The position numbers and the translations under genes were made by a program. The notes under the pieces were generated by a model. That model was not told the origin of the DNA and searched no databases. It saw only the letters and a list, made by a program, of their open reading frames with translations. A stretch of 60,489 nt of DNA from an uncultured virus (IMG/VR IMGVR_UViG_3300022241_000068). Its lineage: Duplodnaviria; Heunggongvirae; Uroviricota; Caudoviricetes. Numbering within the stretch: the stretch's first letter is position 1; the number at the start of each line of letters is the position of its first letter. Positions 56,701 through 60,489 of the stretch are shown here, piece after piece. The DNA lies in the IMG/VR virus record IMGVR_UViG_3300022241_000068; one strand, 5' to 3'.

Positions 56701-58072
56701 TACCTGTGCCTATTGTTACAATTTTTTCAGCAACTTTTTCAGAAACTAAAGGTACTTTAGTTAATACTTTAGTCAAACCAATTCCTAATTCAGTTCCTTT
56801 AATTGCCCCACTAGCTGCCAAACCTAATCCACCAAATGCTAATTGTGAACCTAACATATCAGCACCCTCTTGTTCCCAATATTGAGATTCACCTAATTTA
56901 CTTAAAGAAGCTACAAGACCAGCAAATGCACCTTTATTCTCTTCTGCTATTTTTGCTTTTTCTTCTATAGACAACATAGAAGCATTAGTTATTTGTTTTG
57001 ATTTTTGTGTATTTAGATAATCATTAACTGCATTATCTGCATAATCCATTGTTTTATCAAAATTAGTATCTCCTGTAAGTACTGCTTCTATTGCATCTTC
57101 TGTTACACCTATTGCAGCCCCTGCAAGACTTGCCAATCCACTAACTGTTTGGATTCCAACATTAACCAGTGCTGCGTCAAATCTATCAATTACCCCTGCA
57201 TTATTTCTATCTAGGTATTTTGTACTTTTTACACCTTCTTTATCTTTAAAAGATATATTATACCTATTAGTTTTAAACATTCCTAAAAAGGTGTCATCAT
57301 CATGTTTTATATCAGTTTCATATGCTTCTCCTGGTGTACCTCCCGCCTTGATATATAATTCATCTAAAGTCTTCTGATCAAATTTAGAAGGATCTACATC
57401 TTGTGCAAAAGTAACTCCTGCAGAACCCATAGGATCCTGAGCAGAACCCATAGATTCTACTAAACTTTGTGCTCTAGGTTGATATCTGTTTACAAAAGTT
57501 TTATCTTTTGCAAGACCTTCCCAAGTTGGAGATAAAGTTTTTCTAATATTTTCTAAAACAGCAGGATCATTAGATTGAAGATCTTCATCTAATTCTCTAT
57601 TAGTTCTTCTTCTATAGTCATCTTGTGCTAACCATATGGCAGCTTTATCTTGACTTTCTGGAGAGAAATCTGGTAAATGAAGTTTAGCTTGTATTCTATC
57701 CCAAGTACTTTTTGTTATCTGGTATTTACCAGCAGCTGTAGAAGGGCCTGCAGGTGTTACTACACCTACTATATTAGGATGTTGATCATATCCTTGAAAT
57801 CTTTTACCTCCTGTAATTACATTATAATCTGGAGATTCTACATCAGATATAGTATCTAATAATGCTTTTTGATGAGCAGTTAATGATGAAATATTATTTG
57901 CTCCTAAATCATTTTCAAATTCTTCAAATGTACCAACTTTAGAAAGTTCATGATTATTAAAAAACGATTTTCTAACATCTACTGAAGACATATCATTTTT
58001 AAACTCATCAAATGTACCTACAGATGATAATTGATATTTTTCAAATAAATGTTTTAATAAATCTTCATTCAT
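41756..58072 (-). CDS. Giant virion polyprotein with crAss-type virion RNA polymerase and polyvalent domains
   Basis: 5438 aa; GYRIPT (about 45170) and GLDFDIDKLY (45044-45061); lambda-type lysozyme (about 57510-57875), PP2C-like (52620-53220), zincin HEAFH (52280), ART-like (50095-50800), C-terminal IFVFGSN domain (42190-42600). Confidence 0.92.
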   Translation of the reverse strand: MNEDLLKHLFEKYQLSSVGTFDEFKNDMSSVDVRKSFFNNHELSKVGTFEEFENDLGANNISSLTAHQKALLDTISDVESPDYNVITGGKRFQGYDQHPNIVGVVTPAGPSTAAGKYQITKSTWDRIQAKLHLPDFSPESQDKAAIWLAQDDYRRRTNRELDEDLQSNDPAVLENIRKTLSPTWEGLAKDKTFVNRYQPRAQSLVESMGSAQDPMGSAGVTFAQDVDPSKFDQKTLDELYIKAGGTPGEAYETDIKHDDDTFLGMFKTNRYNISFKDKEGVKSTKYLDRNNAGVIDRFDAALVNVGIQTVSGLASLAGAAIGVTEDAIEAVLTGDTNFDKTMDYADNAVNDYLNTQKSKQITNASMLSIEEKAKIAEENKGAFAGLVASLSKLGESQYWEQEGADMLGSQLAFGGLGLAASGAIKGTELGIGLTKVLTKVPLVSEKVAEKIVTIGTGTVLNASAEAVQEASLAYKDIKQQLLDKGLSEEEATKQASDAASEIFGTNFMMLLATNFIELQGLTDGISTSKHALVRGVINTLVLGISEGVQESFQTGATDYSTEKALKQPYNEGKNTGVFDSLFGDGDSALGGTLSATYHGLMDGKADYWDSFAGGFGVAAATAGPASLSSIHQLYTKEKPIMSKVNSSLALSANDIYKTDEDGKLIYDSNNKPQIDPTKQLSAIRGMNNALQIDQLQEEALKNNNGEAIKVLQAAKISSIVHDHLFKGDSVEAIENAINNSMTKKDYEQNKLSEFYSYEEFKDIKRNILDIAKDNYTAIYSNPLLKNNSAEFKQSIYHNSVQQDLVTKELDKYSNQLENLKNKEEKLNSLQKEEKKSLESKIESLKTYKTELIKAYDKFTSNKTADTKITEEETNAQEVAQDFKNGKTEEEILKNKTGKTKVQAIEVIEQLKNEEYVKKLNTLSSLDEFESEKASNPDKADLIDQIKYEKIKGQKTDTNGKISEVTKPVDLIERYGQENELLRQHEEKGIARAFRKILANDPEFFQELQHIEAKKADPNYQYTPNPKFKNLTEHIAKGGTEESYINSLDPETVKDKIDDPIFQRAIDNFNGKETKVEEEEEEEFENPEEDDENPSTIPVTPIPDVNIPVETGSPDNTTSLLTVDNNHSETIGGKEGHKYVDIEVWENNAPTGTILTLTHAEVKELFHSSKVKELIKIAKSKNTNLSDNLTFKKRIVNNYLGYDNKDTVHVVNNVLQPGDKIYYKIPSKGWNEGVGIDEGNFGLYMVAYVLNDTIVEKGTPNAKEVIVGHVRSNGNIQSKDIDKILRKNLYSKWDKKTDFISEPVPVKGIHKKASLHVGKFRAVTREDIANNEFDVVITDFEKTASLVENYKFANSKFSPKESSDGKGKVENFIQRQLGKVFMFLPSTNKNGKEEFIPVELETKKVKEVTSYKKKLVQALNDIANAPVDQVNDIVRKKWAQIIGISKGELGILRYRTPDSSFDRENKTDINPDGGLGPVITYYTPSGIDYLTKEGYENASKLLPGFAISTKGKKGEYKIEYGLSVDQVVAKLGEVRVHVPSHNTKDFLLEHPDLVSTDLKTIDEGYYEQGEVYIDVERTSSKEEIETLKDIKTGEKIKTKDVIQSTKINKNLGKVQTINGVKVYTQNKNRKGYADNYIEDAFFVSNDIIVMSDGMSDSAEGSLSHQLVEEIAKRKGEIKDKQSLYDILNSLVIKSPDFTNGSQTGQIGTLILYIPKLNKIFSIGDSFVEINGEKIKQGIKTNVNFNIKTNSTVLAKNKSIDEIIQEVDVKAGDNVLLYTDEVPNISNKGDSFDEIINKSESLRKENKSQDDVTVIEFKVRSNETQVSKQEVSEEKKARMRAELENNTEVPEGNFFAKYTDDTTTVEEFKEGAAEKYIKDRFENLGVKVSDEALRIISNIYNVGDGKVWGAFYNAVVYLSSDAGLNVGKHEAFHVAFNLFLNDKQRKQVLNEAYKKYGKELGITKEEFENDLNKPIDSNRFKVEDQVDYVLKAVDILQSEKAKQIFNKGRKNNWSLDKILTELAIPKEQKELIEQIEQDFVQKQFAIYDEPLQYALELASNYSYTVEINTAKEQKYHSKFSTDYIDFILDNDKYEFNDFGILSFTKNGKEIGEKKYSEAMNEYNKTLNKPTQYYSNLTVPGGTNYTENEIAIPGVEIQEKPQGVPVKQGVSELFESNPELANSVYEALGFTGNISDEQKQQQKSDIERRIQEDVKNIVKNRQEIEYETTIYDQTADGNKRKVRGKSPIIDLAGRKVVVLNVNGMNVPFYLSTGHGGKADVTSGKWYPIFGIAQDGWMNKLSGNEINNYYDSKILKLLSEELDTQLGDIRNDNAIPKAGISGSHIDFINRDLTPTENGLSSTRDVINKNIENVKNEINAKYDAELAELNNQITLEQKQQQITPQQKQQAQELYSQYLDTIFPDSKVKDIVYHGSSRVFNQLQYNKEYQNKIIELFIKNYPDKFGKILDVNSYNIKILKAEKVSNNNWHIGVQIYEGKNKIIGAGIGLILNDNGITLFENNVSINSPIPINNSFNKNYIGSSKQIVHFEIGDGFYFTNIKEEALRYGELYTAILDIKNPSNPRTTYKLTPQEQEWSERYYEGKRLGFSDKELLEEDSRLIPFSKKLQEKGFDGIITPSRVAQFVVFEPEQIHILGSKQDIEGFKSFIKSNTKTVRKGAITPSIKGHAQFSTDKGIGWFRSDEEYITSKDYPNSFNDENGKWFKENNIWKYLDSDGSLHERADLNDTDIYAIYDNQYGVKGYIQKGTNTKTRRILEVQSDLFQKGRDKDNLINEYSEEYQNVDGNTIEEIIEKRKNIKSNQFLQLLNKDNNWVTFFVKSIIQDSAKKGYEKVLFPTGNTASKVEGHTTLEEFKKQKEDRIKELEKDFNTITNSSEIKQPTYLRYFQFRDNKGETVELDGRSGEWLIQYQTGNQSFNQQKANEELVVKSYNQYIKTKQEDSKVEINQLKQELERIDKEGFGALKPIYNFYENTVSNILNKTYGKDNVKQVTDEHGNTWNEITIDNNRDQSAIRLKSEEEYYKKQNPLIRLEEKLAELFETYKATDGFVSENFKKKYPKIAKFLDSLYNFIYDSYQQLKPYFTTKISVEDLFYQLDRNIFGRSIFGGRTNAFNKNYSENFARLLHQGKFKVSNIKQIREHAKFIAQNLVHLAVRTFKSNTINKDGKKTNIAQYYTYNAIIESGNKSQFNKEFFNELPTYIDLWFQKHNSPEQLENYGELKNILENKEDLLKLQLYIAQYMNNLYSAGVQITQDANEFDEKTTLIRDTNVNPKTNVKGKIRELMSLIPVRERELGHYVDKIDPKTGAKIYHNFDVLFNRLLNKLSGSSPEQTMLKLIDLAKTKDYADTLVEKIKNELVGKKILQSGEDINVEKLDKNSKKYDPEYVYKLSASKWFKNLYLITGSQRNIVFINTERSRRGIRVHNSSKKGLWKMFKRHAEIMFLNKELDSLEFLEIYKILENSITNNNLLNAVDIERIYTFLGYNIDQEIAVELESNEFSNKSLSINALPVFNAIKEGKNPFSVIESKLTKQQIKEVSDLLAKHDQQSYVMNITTVQGEAEYIHQMNNHLTTLFNKFKESPKSALATIKNKILHKDLPIYDALLSKSIEIFEPHYDNGIGIKGTYNGITYNKYFNYDLITQQLNYALERMYNSNGKEIVIALPPFSDATSSGYMNAPTVSLDDVVNKLVRTAHAELNRIIYLENNKTNYRNFNINGKHFILLPFLNSKKDTIIELYKANGGVELGPELTERLEGFISSVLNKKFEAYTEKLVKDGVLVKEGSKLVKTDDIIDDSSSSFKDDLEGDIKTQFFNQYYYNTQLIPLLAGDPAFYGTYKSDDAPFDYKNSLLVDFLKRFKEAHSPKQHALFTYKDGTPRKKRRITVDDILIPSNELDTLKEDFPELAGDYNKGHNITDAQTINSIDFTVDVMRGFDEISDREIEIAERIKNGESAEFVFPVQKPYYFNQEESGELLRPFQEKNSEYTLTPAMAWLTKDFKVEKPSDKTDFSKYRRPFLAKILYLFHEHGIDGISFQSVNKVDRDNSKVLKRESIDNMDIDTILASVVETSMEGYGRQNIVPSEKHFQGKIEEGSQFKVIMPANLEEEVEVEGYGKMTPEQVRSVLDETFTRDIDENRVSLNEALKDTDSLRNTLLAQASEQGKPMSVIESLSKHQDGDLNIPLNFPLTIDDNLKLINSKTKKALNNKVPGAPFVNASSVGFTDLESYQDNLEIHYKTNEKGETVIDYIDAAVPAYNYALALLADDRGLLDFTRIEQALGKEATDELRKAFGYRIPTEGDYSIYPIKIKYLIPSYSDSLIILPKEATTITGLDFDIDKLYVLFKAFELTKGDFSYVVDELNSFFADKKLFNENTGEILTVEYDNSSAKALFNKVLNRGIPNSEVEAEAIEFLREPERFRRIKDNITISNIEMVPPGMETPMARHNLRMSIYEKIAQTRNFAEEFHKGGNADMLRDQIKAFEDKGVVLEDTSVPMDISDPIYQIYAANKAIVGGEIIGIAASHNKHHAVVQNIEGLKLSKPFTFLQHTYSSLSNMRNRNNKFISESLSSILFASTEHIKNPLMDKLNIDRNNVSMVLAALRLGIPFGDIMLILNQKIVKDLTIYINTNLDYTTTIPKLIESFAKERNLPLTEFYKQEFDKNPGRSVFEKGLTQYNSNTTDIVALVKIKELFKISDELTSAMIATKFDTDAAFGPTLYDNLNKIDKIRSLLKKYFEKEDPVISGLDLIVPNIIFNPETANYEFSKENASVLKLNDKYIQLAMDQANNLKEHFSFLSPEFEQIRSNLAEFLELDEFKKSDRKMLDLDIYNMIFQMSPSIVLGKDFIRDVSKRFADLKKRSDFKELYEEYLPFLNALKYEQVTKEVLIRRAVSPGREEGEDLTSLWEKMMKDPNEEISSLAKDLGLYSLITSSFRFTIDSFSQWLPVSFYTSTEEGSIVRDVFKNPVKYLKNIMNSMSEKELSERILYTNPFYTRNVDIQNHIEALEEYSESFTNEFNGEVSKSVIPISFTINENLLDIYSNEGDSLPEYLHSTVYYENATLPVLYKKNPAGVYEIQRLNGNPKAFKNFNLKADEQSFYPDFKMKYHKLNSEKTKSEHSVAKAVNNTYKQDDKIKAEEIEISENEVPKLEEDVNTIREYTPDNITFLKPNEIFVFGSNEGSSKGGKPTHGAGAALLAKQKFGAIQGQSKGLQGQSYAVITKKYWDVEKSSSLSEIGKELQNMILFARANPNKKFLVTKLGSSLAGYSIEEIKSLFEKLKNIIPDNVILPREYEIREILPDNVETLEKEIIVNGQKLGLYSNGTIRDEKGVEVVDEKLINMFQVKHGYNPLRKVEHGDLKVYVLTDNRIIDISAKDAGKEILTLSSPGIIKIKNEILRKLNEQLSPVEKTQEFPDDLEIKGPPALDEDETACGPTREA

Positions 58073-58073
58073 A

Positions 58074-59669
58074 TTACCAATTTTTACCTGAAGTTTTTAC
58101 AGGAGTTTTAGGCGTAGTACTATTTACTCTACTACCTTTGTTAGTATTACTAGTTTGTCTACTTGCATCATGTATTGGAATAGCAATTCTATCTCCAGTA
58201 CCATCTAGGTTATAAGCACCAGTTCCATGTAAAGGTCCACTTTCTATAGCATCATTATAATCATGATCTGGGAGACGACTTTCAATATCAAAACCGTAAA
58301 AATCTCTTAAGAATTTAGTGTTTCCAGAAGTTTTTCCATCTAGTATAAAATAAGCTTCTCCATTACCTCTTAATTCTATTTGAACACTTTTAGGAAGATC
58401 TTTCTTTTCCCACCATCTATTACCTATTTTAAAATTCTTAAGTTCTACACCATGACTATCAGTAATGTAATTACCATAATTTCTATCACTACTTTTAGTT
58501 TGTTGGGTATATCCAACACCTCCTGCACCATTATTATATGTTACTGTAGAATCTTTATCATTTAAACGTCTTATAGTTTCATACTTTTGTTCATTTGACA
58601 TAGTAGGATCTTGCATGATCTCCATTTTAATAAGATCTTCTGCAGAAGTATTTGTTATACCAGCAGAGGCTGCAGCTGTTGCTGCATTCATTCCTTGTTT
58701 TCTAAACTCATGGTACATGTTAACTTTCTCCTGACCTATTTCTGCTTCTATCTTTTTAACATCTATTAAAACTCTCTTATATTCAATTTCAGCTTTTTTC
58801 AATGCTACTTCATCTTCTATCATTATAGCATCTATCTGCAATTGCTGTTCTGGAGTAATTTGATCATCAGGAACATCTGTCAAGTTTAATCTTTGTTTTG
58901 CACTAGCTCTTAAACTTGCTTGAGTTTGTTTAATTACATTAGCCTTTTGTTCAGATTCCATTGCTTCAGCTTCTGCTTTATGTGCATTAGCTTTTTGAAG
59001 ATTAGCAGCAGTTTCTTTTGCAAGTTGTTTTGCTGCATTGTATCCTTCATGATCTATTTGTACAGGAGGGACTTGTTTACCACTAGCAATAGCAGTTTGA
59101 ATTTCATCCATGTTTAAAATATAACCATCATATTCTTTTGCAACTACTGAAAAGTTTTTAATGTTTGCGTCATTAGCTTTCTTTCTAGAAAGATATCCAC
59201 TTAGTCTTGGATCCATTGCTAATGCAGTACTTGCTCTCATTACATTGATCATAGCATTCTGATCACCTTTAGCAGCGGCATCTAACATATCTTGTGTTAC
59301 ATACTGTCCACGTAAAGATTCATAACCTGCTTGATCTTCTGGAAGAATTTCAAGATTCATAAAATCATCTCTGATAGTGTTCAGATGTTGAAGATCTCTA
59401 TAAAGATTTTCTTTATCTTGCTGTTTAATCCTTTGTTGAAATTCTATCTTCTGTTGTTGGAAAGCATCTTGCTGTAAGTCTAGTTGTTGAGTTTGTAAAT
59501 AACCACTTAGACCTCCATCAATAGGCATCATAGCTGCTTGCTGTATACCTTGCATATTTGGTACAATACCCTGAATAGGAGAATTCCCCAAGTTAAATAC
59601 TTGAGGAACTCCGCCTTGCTGAAATTTTAAAATCTTTCTTTTCATATTATTTACCATATAAAGCGTCAT
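58074..59669 (-). CDS. Putative virion cargo/ejection protein
   Basis: 531 aa, KFQQGG near the N-terminus, Gln/Ala-rich helices, directly upstream of the RNAP gene. Confidence 0.7.
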   Translation of the reverse strand: MTLYMVNNMKRKILKFQQGGVPQVFNLGNSPIQGIVPNMQGIQQAAMMPIDGGLSGYLQTQQLDLQQDAFQQQKIEFQQRIKQQDKENLYRDLQHLNTIRDDFMNLEILPEDQAGYESLRGQYVTQDMLDAAAKGDQNAMINVMRASTALAMDPRLSGYLSRKKANDANIKNFSVVAKEYDGYILNMDEIQTAIASGKQVPPVQIDHEGYNAAKQLAKETAANLQKANAHKAEAEAMESEQKANVIKQTQASLRASAKQRLNLTDVPDDQITPEQQLQIDAIMIEDEVALKKAEIEYKRVLIDVKKIEAEIGQEKVNMYHEFRKQGMNAATAAASAGITNTSAEDLIKMEIMQDPTMSNEQKYETIRRLNDKDSTVTYNNGAGGVGYTQQTKSSDRNYGNYITDSHGVELKNFKIGNRWWEKKDLPKSVQIELRGNGEAYFILDGKTSGNTKFLRDFYGFDIESRLPDHDYNDAIESGPLHGTGAYNLDGTGDRIAIPIHDASRQTSNTNKGSRVNSTTPKTPVKTSGKNW

Positions 59670-60489
59670 TGTTAGGATCTATATAAGGTCCATAACTTGA
59701 AGACATATACTCTGGATTTTGGAAATTGAATGCTGGATTTTGTACTCCTGTTGCATTGTAAGTATATTGAGGAGTTGTTCTATTATTTAAATATGTACCA
59801 TAATTATACATACCTTGAGCAACACTGTTACCTAATCCATTTAATGCTGAACTAATTCTTAAACCATTGTTAGTTAAGAAATTTGCTTGCTGATTTCTTG
59901 CTCCCATTCTAGCAGCTAAAGATTGATTTGCCAATCCTGATAATCCTGCAAAGTGTTCAGAACCCATTTTAGATATTCCAGAATACAAACCAGAGTTTAA
60001 GTTATTAATATTAGCTCTTGTCATATTTTCTCCATATTGTCTATCTTTTGCCATAGTATCATCATAGTTATTCAATGCTCCCATTCTACCTAATGTATTT
60101 TGGTTCTGCATTTGATTATAACTTACATTAATATTATTAGCATTTTGAATACCTTGTGCATTCATTTGTTGAGCATATGCTGCAGCTTGTTGAGGATTTA
60201 ACCCCATAGAACCAGCATTTCTATAGAAAGAAGATATATTACCTCTACTATTATCTAAACTTCTTTGTAATTGATTATTGATATTTGCATCTACATTACC
60301 ATATCCAGCTTCTGTTCTTTGCATAGAAGATGTTAAATCCAAATTAGTATATCTTGGATCCTGAGTAGCATAGTTACCTATTAAGGATGCACCTTGTATT
60401 CCTGTATTACTATTTATATATCCTCTATTTAACTCTTCATTAGCAGCAATATCTGCAAGAGTTTGTTTGTACATTTTCTTTTGTCTATT
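59647..60489 (-). CDS. 5'-truncated Asn/Gln/Gly-rich putative virion protein
   Basis: Frame is open to the window edge (NRQKKMYKQ...); low-complexity composition. Confidence 0.7.
   Translation of the reverse strand, partial: NRQKKMYKQTLADIAANEELNRGYINSNTGIQGASLIGNYATQDPRYTNLDLTSSMQRTEAGYGNVDANINNQLQRSLDNSRGNISSFYRNAGSMGLNPQQAAAYAQQMNAQGIQNANNINVSYNQMQNQNTLGRMGALNNYDDTMAKDRQYGENMTRANINNLNSGLYSGISKMGSEHFAGLSGLANQSLAARMGARNQQANFLTNNGLRISSALNGLGNSVAQGMYNYGTYLNNRTTPQYTYNATGVQNPAFNFQNPEYMSSSYGPYIDPNNDALYGK

Noticed and set aside
37469..59117. Short + strand ORFs inside the giant - strand genes
   Set aside because: Antisense shadows of long coding frames, with no motifs.

Overview
AT-rich, densely coding segment of a crAss-like (Crassvirales-type) dsDNA phage, probably of a Bacteroidota host, in the standard genetic code. 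The + strand runs from small accessory genes and a tRNA-Leu(UAA), through a MoxR/vWA pair and an SPFH protein, to a replication module: PolB, SF2 and DnaB-like helicases, AAA_24-like ATPase, putative SSB, primase, UDG, a second vWA/MoxR pair, resolvase, DUF5664 and HNH. A small inverted cassette (amidase, M43 protease, membrane proteins) lies at 13.6-15.5 kb. The - strand at the right carries giant virion genes, including a 5438-aa protein with the crAss virion RNA polymerase motif DFDIDK. Main unexplained structures, all read by hand: (1) a 4.4-kb head-to-tail array of 29 highly diverged micro-ORFs (38-72 aa) sharing one architecture and a hxxhExxh motif (h = hydrophobic), mostly missed by the ORF track, with a second related array at 0.67-2.5 kb; (2) nine mostly unrelated ORFs interleaved among replication genes that share an SxD helix motif, C-terminal in eight; (3) nested domain insertions and a PP2C-like phosphatase inside the virion RNAP polyprotein. 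Family assignments are motif recognition by eye; no database search was run.
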